From contig JAZDLQ010000070.1 of assembly GCA_043801855.1 (NCBI GenBank), positions 599 to 64,598 of the forward strand: a DNA stretch of 64,000 nucleotides. Reading direction: 5' to 3'. Both the position numbers and the translations under genes were made by a program. Positions 37,640 to 46,500 of this stretch are shown piece by piece. How positions within the stretch are numbered: position 1 is the stretch's first letter; each line of letters starts with the position of its first letter. This DNA comes from an archaeon (GTDB taxonomy: Archaea; Nanobdellota; Nanobdellia; Woesearchaeales; GW2011-AR15). The notes under the pieces are model-generated. The model was not told the DNA's origin. It saw only the letters and a program-made list of their open reading frames with translations, and did no database searches.

Positions 37640-38143
37640 GTGTGGTGGAAAAAAAAAATGGCATGCGATAAAAAATGCGAAGTTTATTCAAGGATAGTTG
37701 GCTACTATAGGCCAGTTGACCAGTGGAATTTAGGAAAGCAGGAAGAATTCAAAGACAGGCTTGAATTTACAGAAACAAAAGCATTATCAAGCAATTTTAA
37801 GAATTCATCTGCACAGGAATTTGTTGATTGTAGTTGCGGAGATGGAACAATGCAAAATAAAATGTCTCCTACAAAATACAAAGTATTCTCGTTTCCAAAC
37901 TGCGATAAATGCACAACAGTAAAAGAATACTTATCAACAACAGCGATAGCTGGTGCTGATACTAACTTAGGAGATGATTTGGGTGTTGCAGAATTTAGGC
38001 AGTATTACAAGCAGGTAAAAGACCAACTCACAAGAAATGAGGACGGAAGCCTTCCTGTTCCAACTGTTTTGTTTTTTGATGCAGGTGAAAATATTATTGG
38101 GACAGCCCATAATGTTGAACAGATAAAAAGCCTTCTTCAATAA
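37640..38143 (+). CDS. NrdD C-terminal glycyl-radical domain fused to a glutaredoxin/NrdH-like domain
   Basis: Same frame as nrdD, 9 nt after its TAA. ACDKKCEVYSRIVGYYRPVDQWNLGKQEEFKDR is the NrdD Zn/glycyl-radical motif. FSFPNCDKCTTVKEYL...LPVPTVLFFD is a CxxC thioredoxin-fold pattern. The start could be GTG 37640 or ATG 37658. Confidence 0.8.
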   Translation: MWWKKKMACDKKCEVYSRIVGYYRPVDQWNLGKQEEFKDRLEFTETKALSSNFKNSSAQEFVDCSCGDGTMQNKMSPTKYKVFSFPNCDKCTTVKEYLSTTAIAGADTNLGDDLGVAEFRQYYKQVKDQLTRNEDGSLPVPTVLFFDAGENIIGTAHNVEQIKSLLQ

Positions 38144-38166
38144 GAATTTTTTTTTATTTTTTTAAG

Positions 38167-38871
38167 ATGCCAATCGATATAAAAGGCTTGCAAAAAATGG
38201 ACCTAATGAATTTTGGGTCTTATCCTTCTGCTACAGTTTTTCTTTCAAGATGCAATTTTTCATGCCCATTTTGCCATAATCCTGAACTTGTTAGTGGATA
38301 CGAAAAAATTAAAAGCATGCCTGAAGACGAGGTGATATCGTTTCTTATAAGTAGGAAGCAGTGGTACGATGGCGTATGTATAACTGGCGGAGAGCCAACT
38401 CTTCATAAAGATCTTCCAAAATTCATATCGAGATTAAAAAAAGAAGGATTTAAGGTGAAGCTTGATACAAACGGCACAAACCCAAAAATGATAGCTGTTT
38501 TATTAGAACAAAACCTAGTTGATTATATAGCGATGGATATAAAATCTCCTTTTGAAAAATATGATTTTATAACAAGAGTAAAAACAGATATTGCAGCAAT
38601 TAAAGAATCAATTAAATTGATTATGGAATCTAATATTGATTATGAATTCAGGACAACAATAATTCCAAAGTTCCATAAAAAAGAAGATATAATAGCAATT
38701 GCCAAAGCGATAAGTGGGGCAAAAAGATATGTTTTGCAGCAATTTAGATCAACAGAAAATATGTTAGATAATTCACTTAAAGATTCACAGATTTATACAA
38801 AAGAAGAACTAATGGAAATCAAAAGCGCAGTTGAACCTTATTTCAAGGAAATTCTTATTCATAATATTTAA
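38167..38871 (+). CDS. nrdG: Anaerobic RNR activating radical-SAM protein NrdG
   Basis: CNFSCPFCHN (CxxxCxxC) and GVCITGGEPT. Confidence 0.85.
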   Translation: MPIDIKGLQKMDLMNFGSYPSATVFLSRCNFSCPFCHNPELVSGYEKIKSMPEDEVISFLISRKQWYDGVCITGGEPTLHKDLPKFISRLKKEGFKVKLDTNGTNPKMIAVLLEQNLVDYIAMDIKSPFEKYDFITRVKTDIAAIKESIKLIMESNIDYEFRTTIIPKFHKKEDIIAIAKAISGAKRYVLQQFRSTENMLDNSLKDSQIYTKEELMEIKSAVEPYFKEILIHNI

Positions 38872-38896
38872 ATAACCGATAACTTTAACTTTAATT

Positions 38897-39514
38897 ATGA
38901 AAAAAGAAAAATTAAAAGATGTTTTAGAGGTTTTTTTAACGCTTCAGACAACAAAAGAGCTTCCAAGGCAGGGCTTTATCTATTCAGGATTTAAGTTAAA
39001 CGATGCTGATTCAGTAGCAGCACACTCTTTTAATGTAGCGGCTTTTGCGTATCTTCTTGCAAGAGAATTGAAGCTTACAGGTTACGATATTGATGAAGTA
39101 AAAGTTCTTAAGATGGCGTTGCTTCATGATATGGGAGAATCTATAACAGGCGACATTGGAACATGGGTAAAAGTTCTTGCTGAAGGAAAATTCCAGGAAG
39201 TTGAAGATAAGGCATTTAGCCTACTTACTAGAAACCTATCAAATAATAATGAGCTTACAGGATTATTCACTGAATATAATGAATTAAAGACAAAAGAAGC
39301 GCAGCTAGTTAAGCTTGCTGATGCTCTTGATGCAATGGTCCAGGGATTAAATACACCTGGTGCAAAACTTGAAGACTGGAAATTTGCAAGAAAAAAGATA
39401 ATTTCTGAAAAAATAACAGATAAAGTATTATCTGAAATATTGAATAGTGCAACAGACATGCTCTTCAAAGGAAAAGTTACATACTTTAGGGGACATATTG
39501 CAGATAAAAAATAA
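38897..39514 (+). CDS. HD-domain phosphohydrolase (YfbR-like 5'-deoxynucleotidase)
   Basis: HSFNVAAFAYLLA ... ALLHDMGESITGD ... KLADALDA. Confidence 0.75.
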   Translation: MKKEKLKDVLEVFLTLQTTKELPRQGFIYSGFKLNDADSVAAHSFNVAAFAYLLARELKLTGYDIDEVKVLKMALLHDMGESITGDIGTWVKVLAEGKFQEVEDKAFSLLTRNLSNNNELTGLFTEYNELKTKEAQLVKLADALDAMVQGLNTPGAKLEDWKFARKKIISEKITDKVLSEILNSATDMLFKGKVTYFRGHIADKK

Positions 39515-39517
39515 AAA

Positions 39518-40105
39518 ATGGATTTCATTCTAGCATCGGAGTCTCCAAGGAGAAAAAAGCTTCTTCTTGATTATGGTTTTAAGTTTAAGGTTATCCCAAG
39601 TGAAATAAATGAAAAAAAAGTGCCTTATAAAAAACCATCTTTATATGTAAAAAAGCTTGCATATGCTAAAGCACTTGCTGTTTTTCAAAAAAATACTAAT
39701 TCAGTAGTTTTTGGTGCAGATACTATTGTTGTTTTAGAAGGCAAATTAATCGGAAAGCCAAAAAATAATTCCGATGCAAAAAAAATATTACACAAGCTTT
39801 CAGGAAAAAAACACTATGTATATACTGGCTTTTGCATTTTAGACGGCAATCTCAATAAAAAAATAGTTGGCTATTCCAAAAGTTGCGTAAAGTTCAAAAA
39901 ATTAGATGGGCCAGCAATTGATAATTACCTAAAAAATGAAAATGCGCTTGACAAAGCAGGCGGCTACAACGCAGAAGATAAGTCTTCAAAAATATTTATA
40001 GATTTTATAAAAGGCTCAAAGACAAATGTTGTTGGGCTTCCGATGGATTTAGTTGTTTTGGCGCTAAGGAAAATAGGCATCAAAGCAAAAAAGAAAGCTC
40101 ATTAA
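39518..40105 (+). CDS. maf: Maf-like nucleoside triphosphate pyrophosphatase
   Basis: ILASESPRRKKLL ... GADTIVVLEGKLIGKP ... KAGGY. Confidence 0.85.
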   Translation: MDFILASESPRRKKLLLDYGFKFKVIPSEINEKKVPYKKPSLYVKKLAYAKALAVFQKNTNSVVFGADTIVVLEGKLIGKPKNNSDAKKILHKLSGKKHYVYTGFCILDGNLNKKIVGYSKSCVKFKKLDGPAIDNYLKNENALDKAGGYNAEDKSSKIFIDFIKGSKTNVVGLPMDLVVLALRKIGIKAKKKAH

Positions 40106-40643
40106 TTATATAAAACAAAAACATAGATCCAATTATATTAGCGATAAAAAAATGCGTTCTTTCAAATGTAATTCTTTGCAAGAAAAGCAGGTCTGATGTA
40201 TAATGGGCAACATATTTTAGTGTTAGCATAATCATGCAAACTGTTGTGAAATTTATATTTTTTAAAAGCAAAATTAACATAAAAAGCATCATCTCTCTTG
40301 CGCTTGAAAAAAAATGCCTGCTTTCGATGAATCCAAAAGCAGCCCTATTAAAAGTTGCTATTGCAAGAATGATCAAGCCATATATTGGATTATAAAAATA
40401 AGCGGCTGTTACCCCAAACACAAACGCAATATCAACAGGGAAAATCCCAAATTTTACTTTTAGGATATTTTTAGAAAAATCAAGAAACGCAAAAATAATT
40501 ACTAGCACAAGTTCTCTTTTGAATAGATAGCAAATTAGTAATCCTACAATAAGGAAGAGAAATCTTTTATGGGCATTAAGAAGAACTCGGCAAAATTCCA
40601 GTCTCCTGTTTACTGCGTTATTTTTTGCCATTAGCACAACCAC
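40080..40643 (-). CDS. Hypothetical polytopic membrane protein
   Basis: Five to six hydrophobic segments. No motif recognised. Confidence 0.4.
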   Translation of the reverse strand: MVVLMAKNNAVNRRLEFCRVLLNAHKRFLFLIVGLLICYLFKRELVLVIIFAFLDFSKNILKVKFGIFPVDIAFVFGVTAAYFYNPIYGLIILAIATFNRAAFGFIESRHFFSSAREMMLFMLILLLKNINFTTVCMIMLTLKYVAHYTSDLLFLQRITFERTHFFIANIIGSMFLFYIINELSFLL

Positions 40644-40753
40644 TAATAATTAGGTGATATATATATAAAAAATTTACCCCCTAATTGTTGTTTGGGCCAG
40701 TTTTACCGCAATATTTATATATAATTAACTATTGTTAATTAACGATTGTTAAT

Positions 40754-41131
40754 TTGAAAACAACACAAGAGATAAGTGTCTGGTATGTTCTTCCTTCTTT
40801 AAGAAGGGAGCTTGCATTAGTCCTCAAAAAGAAAAACATTCCGCAAAAAGAAATTGCGCAGATTTTAGGGATTACTGGGCCAGCTGTATCTCAATACATA
40901 AAAAACAAGCGTGCAAAAGAAATTGTGTTTTCAAAAAGTATTAAAAAAGAAATTATTGCAGCAGCGAATAGTATAGCATCAAAAAAAAGCTGTCACCGGT
41001 TTGCTGTTGAAAGTTTGCTTGAAACGATTAAAAAATCAGGGTTTTTATGCGAAATTCATAGGAAATATGATGATGTTCCAAAATGCTGTAATGTGTGTAT
41101 GAAAGGTGAAAAATATGAATGTCTATCTTGA
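40754..41131 (+). CDS. HTH transcription regulator with Cys-rich C-terminus
   Basis: IPQKEIAQILGITGPAVSQYIKNKR is an HTH. The C-terminus is CHRF...CEIH...CCNVC...C. TTG start. Overlaps the iscS start. Confidence 0.55.
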   Translation: MKTTQEISVWYVLPSLRRELALVLKKKNIPQKEIAQILGITGPAVSQYIKNKRAKEIVFSKSIKKEIIAAANSIASKKSCHRFAVESLLETIKKSGFLCEIHRKYDDVPKCCNVCMKGEKYECLS

Positions 41132-42320
41132 TAACGGAGCAACAACTAAGCTTGCAAAAGAAGTATTAGAAGAAATGATTCCTTATTTTAGTGAAAAATA
41201 CGGAAACGCATCTTCATTGCATAAATTTGGAAGAGATGCAAGAGACGCAATAGAAGAAGCAAGGCTTGCGATTGCAAGGTCAATTAATGCGAATCCTTCA
41301 GAAATTGTATTTACAAGCGGAGGCACAGAATCAAATAATCTTGCAATAAAAGGCGCAGCTCTATCAAACAAGGAAAAAAACCATATTATTATCTCTAGAA
41401 TTGAGCATGACTGTGTTTTAAATGCAACTAAATGGCTATCTAAAAATGGCTTTGAAATTACGATGCTTGATGTTGATAAATATGGAATTGTTGAACCAAA
41501 AACACTACTGAAGGCAATTAAGCCAAATACTTTGCTTGTATCAATAATGCATGCGAATAATGAAATAGGGACAATTCTCCCTATTGAAGAATACGGAAAA
41601 ATTTGCAGGAAAAAAGGAGTATTATTTCATACAGATGCTTGCCAAAGCTTTTCAAAAGTTCCAATAGATGTTAAATCAATGAATATTGACATGATGACAC
41701 TTAATGCTCATAAAATTCATGGGCCAAAAGGCGTTGGCGCTCTATACGTTCGAAAAGGGATTAAGCTAACACCATTGTCTCACGGAGGAGGGCATGAGTT
41801 CAATAAAAGAAGCGGAACAGAAAATATTTCAGGAATTGTAGGGTTTGCAAAATCAGCTACTCTTCTTAAAAAAGAAGAGATTGAAAAAATGAAAAAACAG
41901 CGTGATTATCTTATATCTGAGCTGCTGAAAATACCTGATACACACCTAAATGGACACCAATCAAAAAGGATTTGCAATAATGTAAGCATTTCATTTCATT
42001 TTATTGAAGGCGAGTCTCTTTTGATGCATCTTGATATGAAAGGAATTGCAGTCTCAACTGGTTCTGCCTGCTCATCACACTCTCTTGAGCCAAGCCATGT
42101 TCTTTTATCAATCGGGCTAAAACATGAGGTTGCACACGGCACAATACGCTTTACTTTAAGCAAATACACAACACAAGAAGAAATAGATTATACAATCAAA
42201 AGTGTCAAAGAAGCAGTAAAAGTTCTTCGTGAGATGAGTCCATTAAGAAAAGGCGTTGATTACACAACAGATTACAAAGAAGATCATGACCATGGGCACG
42301 ATAATAACCAAGAGGAATAA
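41115..42320 (+). CDS. iscS: Cysteine desulfurase (IscS/NifS type)
   Basis: FTSGGTESNN, PLP-Lys in NAHKIHGPKG, active-site STGSACSS. ATG 41115 follows an AGGTGA RBS. Confidence 0.9.
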   Translation: MNVYLDNGATTKLAKEVLEEMIPYFSEKYGNASSLHKFGRDARDAIEEARLAIARSINANPSEIVFTSGGTESNNLAIKGAALSNKEKNHIIISRIEHDCVLNATKWLSKNGFEITMLDVDKYGIVEPKTLLKAIKPNTLLVSIMHANNEIGTILPIEEYGKICRKKGVLFHTDACQSFSKVPIDVKSMNIDMMTLNAHKIHGPKGVGALYVRKGIKLTPLSHGGGHEFNKRSGTENISGIVGFAKSATLLKKEEIEKMKKQRDYLISELLKIPDTHLNGHQSKRICNNVSISFHFIEGESLLMHLDMKGIAVSTGSACSSHSLEPSHVLLSIGLKHEVAHGTIRFTLSKYTTQEEIDYTIKSVKEAVKVLREMSPLRKGVDYTTDYKEDHDHGHDNNQEE

Positions 42321-42362
42321 AATTATTTTAAATTGTAACAATTTAAACTAAGGTGAAATAAA

Positions 42363-42830
42363 ATGCAATATTCAAATAAAGTAATAGAAAATTTTCAAAA
42401 ACCACATAATATGGGTGAGATGGCTGATGCGTCAGCTATAGGAAAAGTGGGAAACCCAGTATGCGGAGATTTGATGTGGATATACATAAAAGTTGCAAAA
42501 AATAAAAAAAGGGAAGAAATTCTTAAAGATGTAAAATTTAAAACATTTGGCTGCGTTGCAGCAATTGCGACAAGCTCAATGATAACTCAACTAGCGATTG
42601 GAAAAACATTAGATGAGGCAATAAAAATTACTAAAGGAGATGTAAGCGAAGCTCTTGGAAGCCTACCGCCAATTAAAGAGCATTGCTCAAACCTTGCGGC
42701 AGATGGGCTTCATGATGCAATAATTAATTATAAAAATAAGGTATCAGTAGATACTAAAAATATGAAGCATGAAAAGTGTTATAATGCTTGCTGCAGCGGA
42801 GGAATAAAAAATGCAAAAAATAAAGTGTAA
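42363..42830 (+). CDS. iscU: Fe-S cluster scaffold IscU/NifU-like
   Basis: GNPVCGD, FKTFGCVAAIATSS, HCSNLAADG (three ligand cysteines). Confidence 0.9.
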   Translation: MQYSNKVIENFQKPHNMGEMADASAIGKVGNPVCGDLMWIYIKVAKNKKREEILKDVKFKTFGCVAAIATSSMITQLAIGKTLDEAIKITKGDVSEALGSLPPIKEHCSNLAADGLHDAIINYKNKVSVDTKNMKHEKCYNACCSGGIKNAKNKV

Positions 42831-42987
42831 AAACGGAAAATGCAAAGATGTTTCTTCACTAAAGAAAAAAATGAGGAGCATCTGCAAAGAAGATGATATT
42901 GTGTGCAATACTGAAATTGATTTGATGGAAGAAGACCTGGATGACACAGGTGTTGATATTGATGAAGGAGAAGGAGACGAGTATTGA
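42811..42987 (+). CDS. Small 58-aa Cys4 protein with acidic tail (hypothetical; below ORF-track cutoff)
   Basis: ATG lies 7 nt after GGAGG. MQKIKCKNGKCKD...SICKEDDIVCN then DLMEEDLDDTGVDIDEGEGDEY. Overlaps the iscU end by 20 nt. Confidence 0.35.
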   Translation: MQKIKCKNGKCKDVSSLKKKMRSICKEDDIVCNTEIDLMEEDLDDTGVDIDEGEGDEY

Positions 42988-42999
42988 GGATTGATTATT

Positions 43000-43287
43000 A
43001 TGGATAAAAGACAAGAAAAAAAAGAGACTAAAAAAGAACCTAATAACGTGAAAAAAGTAGTTAAGAAACAAGCGTCAAAAAAAGACCTTATAACAAAAGA
43101 TATGACTCTTGATGAAGCTGTATCAAAATTCCCAAAAACAGCTCCTGTTTTATTTAAATTTGGGCTTCACTGTATTGGTTGCCACATTTCAGCATGGGAG
43201 ACAATAGAGCAGGGTAGCCTTGCGCATGGATTAAGCCCTTCTGATGTTGATAAGATGGTAAAAGAGATGAATGAGGCAGCAAAGTAA
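43000..43287 (+). CDS. DUF1858 (hybrid-cluster-protein-associated redox disulfide) domain protein
   Basis: ITKDMTLDEAVSKFPKTAPVLFKFGLHCIGCHISAWETIEQG matches the DUF1858 CxxC pattern. Confidence 0.7.
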   Translation: MDKRQEKKETKKEPNNVKKVVKKQASKKDLITKDMTLDEAVSKFPKTAPVLFKFGLHCIGCHISAWETIEQGSLAHGLSPSDVDKMVKEMNEAAK

Positions 43288-43338
43288 GTAAAGTAACCAA
43301 TCGATTCTTTTTTATATTCTATTTATTTTGTAAATTAC

Positions 43339-43824
43339 ATGAAAAGTAATTCACTGTTCTTTGGTCTTTTTGTTGTTGTAATTTTTTTTATTGTTTTTCC
43401 ATTATTGTTTTTTAACGCAAACAGTATATTAGATCTACCAAAATTTTATTCACAATTATCCTTAGTTTTTGGTGGATTTTTATTTTTGCTTGGCACAGCA
43501 ATTTTTATCTATTGCTCCAGTATATTTATTATGATTGGCAAAGGAACTCCAGTTCCAATCGAACCGCCAAAAGAGTTTGTAACAAAAGGATTGTATAAAT
43601 ACGTTAGAAACCCTATTTACCACTGTTATTTTTTGATATTTTTTTCATATTTTCTTATTTTTGGGCGACTTCTCCTATTAGTTTATGCATTCATTTCAAT
43701 TATAGCAATTCATTTATATGTTGTTTTTCACGAGGAACCCCTGCTTAAAAAAAGATTTGGTAAAAAATACGATGAATATTTAGAACAAGTGCCTCGCTGG
43801 ATACCAAAAATAGGACTATGGTAA
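43339..43824 (+). CDS. ICMT/PEMT-family membrane methyltransferase
   Basis: GLYKYVRNPIY...EEPLLKKRFGKKYDEYLEQVPRWIP. Confidence 0.7.
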   Translation: MKSNSLFFGLFVVVIFFIVFPLLFFNANSILDLPKFYSQLSLVFGGFLFLLGTAIFIYCSSIFIMIGKGTPVPIEPPKEFVTKGLYKYVRNPIYHCYFLIFFSYFLIFGRLLLLVYAFISIIAIHLYVVFHEEPLLKKRFGKKYDEYLEQVPRWIPKIGLW

Positions 43825-43845
43825 AACTAGAAAGTTTATTGGCAT

Positions 43846-44262
43846 TCAAATTTCATCTTTTATTTTTATAAAGAATTCTTTGTCTTTTCTGTGGGTGAGC
43901 AATTTAGCCACTTCTTCTTTTTTAATCCACATTGCTTCAGGGTTATCTGGGTCTATTGGCGACAATTTATGTTGCTGTGTTTTAAAAAGAAACAAAGCTA
44001 TTTCTTTTAACTCAGATTTGTCATCAGAGCCATCAAGACCTATTTTATATCTTTTATAGCTGCCAAGCTTTTTTATAAGAGATAGATTTTCTATTTTTAT
44101 TCCGGATTCCTCATAAATTTCCCTTTTAGCCGCGTTGATTTCGTCTTCACCAGTATTGATATGGCCTTTTGGGAGTGACCATGAATTATTGTTCTGATTC
44201 ACAACAAGAATTAATCCCTCATTATTAATAACTACTCCACCAGTAGTTTTTGTCTTTTTCAT
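43846..44262 (-). CDS. NUDIX hydrolase
   Basis: Nudix box GHINTGEDEINAAKREIYEESGI. Confidence 0.85.
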   Translation of the reverse strand: MKKTKTTGGVVINNEGLILVVNQNNNSWSLPKGHINTGEDEINAAKREIYEESGIKIENLSLIKKLGSYKRYKIGLDGSDDKSELKEIALFLFKTQQHKLSPIDPDNPEAMWIKKEEVAKLLTHRKDKEFFIKIKDEI

Positions 44263-44996
44263 TTTATAAATTCAAAGTTATTATTACATACTGGGCATTT
44301 ATTATTTTTTGCTATAGTGATTTTGAAAAATGTTTGGGTCCACACATCATAATACAGCATTTTTTTCTCATATTCTTTACCTAAAATGATTTTTATTGCT
44401 TCGATAGCTTGCATTGCACCAATAATTACAGGAATACTATTAACTATTCCAACATTATTTGCTGTTTCTGTAAAATCACTTGGAGTGAATATGCATCTAA
44501 AGCAAGGCCCACTTGGAATCACGTTAAGAAGGTTACCAACTGTTTTTATAGCTCCGCCATGAACCCAAGGTATTTTATTTTTAACACAAAATTCATTAAT
44601 TAAAAATCTGCTTTCAAGATTGTCGGTGCATCCTAAAATAATGTCATAACCCAAAAGAAAGTTGATGTTGTCTTTATTTAAGCTAATATGATGATATTTT
44701 ACCTCTATTTCAGGATTAATCTTTCTTAATTTGGAAGCTGCAATCTTTGCTTTATTTTTTCCACAATCACTTTCCTTAAACAAAATCTGCCGCTGTAAGT
44801 TGTGAAGTTCAAGTTTGTCTTTGTCTATCAATAATATCTTTCCGATACCAGCTCTTGCAAGAAGTTGTGATGCGCTGCTTCCAAGTGCGCCAACTCCAAC
44901 TACAGCAACAGAGCTTTTTGACAATTTTTTCTGTCCTGCGATACCTATCTTATCAAGAATGGTTTGCCTTGAATAGCGTTCTTTTGTCATTTTCAT
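44259..44996 (-). CDS. E1-like ThiF/MoeB/UbaA adenylyltransferase
   Basis: VGVGALGS nucleotide loop, LIDKDKLELHNLQRQ, Zn cysteines CFRC and CPVC. Confidence 0.85.
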   Translation of the reverse strand: MKMTKERYSRQTILDKIGIAGQKKLSKSSVAVVGVGALGSSASQLLARAGIGKILLIDKDKLELHNLQRQILFKESDCGKNKAKIAASKLRKINPEIEVKYHHISLNKDNINFLLGYDIILGCTDNLESRFLINEFCVKNKIPWVHGGAIKTVGNLLNVIPSGPCFRCIFTPSDFTETANNVGIVNSIPVIIGAMQAIEAIKIILGKEYEKKMLYYDVWTQTFFKITIAKNNKCPVCNNNFEFIK

Positions 44997-45667
44997 TCTA
45001 TAATTGCCTTTTTAATTACATAAATACCGGCGTAGTTATTATATTCTTTGAAAGAATCAATTACTTTGATTTTTTTCTTAAAAAAAGGCGCATGGAGAAC
45101 GGTTGTTTCAATCTCGCCACCCTCGCCTGCAGGATTTATCTTGTATTTATTGCTAAAAGCGACTAACTCAGAAATGGTTTTTTTATCAATGATTTTTCCA
45201 AGCCAACTTTCATCAAAAGGATATGCAAAAACACCGGATATTATTATCTCAAATTTATTCTCAAGTAACTCGTAAAGGAGCTGTTCTTGATTTTTTTTCC
45301 ATAAGGGGTTAATACATTGAAGAGAAAGATCATTGCATATTTTTTGAATCCTTGATGCCTGATATACTGATTCTATTGCGCCAGTTACAATTCCTTCTAT
45401 TTTGTACTTTTTCTTCGCAAACATAATTGCTTTTCTTAAGTCTTTTAGTTCTTCTTCTTTTTCGCCAGCAGTTTTTACTTCAATAAGAGGAAGCCCGATT
45501 GCCTCTGCCTGTAATTTTACTAAATGTACATTTGGGGTATGGAACATATAACTTTCCTTATTAGTAGAAATAATTGAAATTAAGCAAACTACTTCTTCTT
45601 TATCCATTGCTAGCTTTAATGCGTAGCATGAATCTTTACCTCCTGAAAATAAGATACCAAGTTTCAT
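44993..45667 (-). CDS. PP-loop ATPase of the diphthine-ammonia ligase (Dph6/MJ0570) family
   Basis: LFSGGKDSCYAL PP-loop, about 220 aa, GEGGEIET near the C-terminus. Confidence 0.7.
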   Translation of the reverse strand: MKLGILFSGGKDSCYALKLAMDKEEVVCLISIISTNKESYMFHTPNVHLVKLQAEAIGLPLIEVKTAGEKEEELKDLRKAIMFAKKKYKIEGIVTGAIESVYQASRIQKICNDLSLQCINPLWKKNQEQLLYELLENKFEIIISGVFAYPFDESWLGKIIDKKTISELVAFSNKYKINPAGEGGEIETTVLHAPFFKKKIKVIDSFKEYNNYAGIYVIKKAIIE

Positions 45668-45711
45668 TATTCTAAGTAGAATTAGTTAATAAATAAATGT
45701 AACTAAAAAAA

Positions 45712-46248
45712 TTAACAAAATTTTCTTGCTTTAATAATTCCATAAGCAACGATACCGCCTAACACTGCTGTTGTTAATTGCATTAGTCCCATTGTTGTCA
45801 AAAAGGCAACTGGAATAATTTTTAAGGTGACTAAAATATATGCACATCCAAAAAGAAATGCTGTCTTTAATCCACTGCTTATTCCGAGGCTGACAAAATA
45901 ATTGCTTTTTAGTTTGCCTTTGAAATATTTCATAGCATAGACAATTATTGCGTTTCCAATCCAGATAAACGGAATCATATAAATTAGGTACACTGTAAAA
46001 GGACCAAAAATTAATCCTCTTGTAAGAACACCCACGCTTGGAAGAAGTATTACTGGTAATGTTCCTTTGGCATCCATATAGATTGCACATAGGATAAGCA
46101 CTGTATTGATTCCGACACCAACCAAAATCTGTGGATGTCCAATTAGCAGCGGAAGCAAAAATGCTAATAAACTATAAAAAAACAAATGAACCCTATATTC
46201 AAGGTTTTTTAATTTTTCTACCTGGATATTAATAAAATTGTTTTCCAT
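45712..46248 (-). CDS. Hypothetical polytopic membrane protein
   Basis: Five to six TM helices. Lies downstream of the hydrogenase genes. No motif recognised. Confidence 0.4.
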   Translation of the reverse strand: MENNFINIQVEKLKNLEYRVHLFFYSLLAFLLPLLIGHPQILVGVGINTVLILCAIYMDAKGTLPVILLPSVGVLTRGLIFGPFTVYLIYMIPFIWIGNAIIVYAMKYFKGKLKSNYFVSLGISSGLKTAFLFGCAYILVTLKIIPVAFLTTMGLMQLTTAVLGGIVAYGIIKARKFC

Positions 46249-46257
46249 TTTTTTCGC

Positions 46258-46497
46258 CTAAATATACTCATTACTTCTGTCAACATACTTTGTATGCAGA
46301 AGTTCGTGCGCCTTTTGGCTACCATATTCGCCGACGTTCTCCTTATAGAAATTAATTACAGATTGGTTTAAGTGTGACTTTCTAATAGGAAGTGTTGTGT
46401 CGACTTTTACAACAGCTTCCATTCTCTTCATAAGTATCTCTTTTGTAGGAAAAGCCGGTTGTCCTCCTCCCCCTATACAACCGCCATAGCAGGCCAT
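46258..46497 (-). CDS. hydA: [FeFe]-hydrogenase HydA C-terminal piece (H-cluster L3 motif + small-subunit-like tail)
   Basis: MACYGGCIGGGGQP is H-cluster motif L3. Same frame as the upstream HydA ORF, separated from it only by TAG-GTA. Confidence 0.85.
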   Translation of the reverse strand: MACYGGCIGGGGQPAFPTKEILMKRMEAVVKVDTTLPIRKSHLNQSVINFYKENVGEYGSQKAHELLHTKYVDRSNEYI

Positions 46498-46500
46498 TAC

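Noticed and set aside
45731-46090. Alternative-frame ORF inside the membrane protein gene 45712..46248.
   Set aside because: It is nested entirely within the longer ORF on the same strand, and that longer ORF has coherent TM-helix periodicity. Its own composition is atypical.
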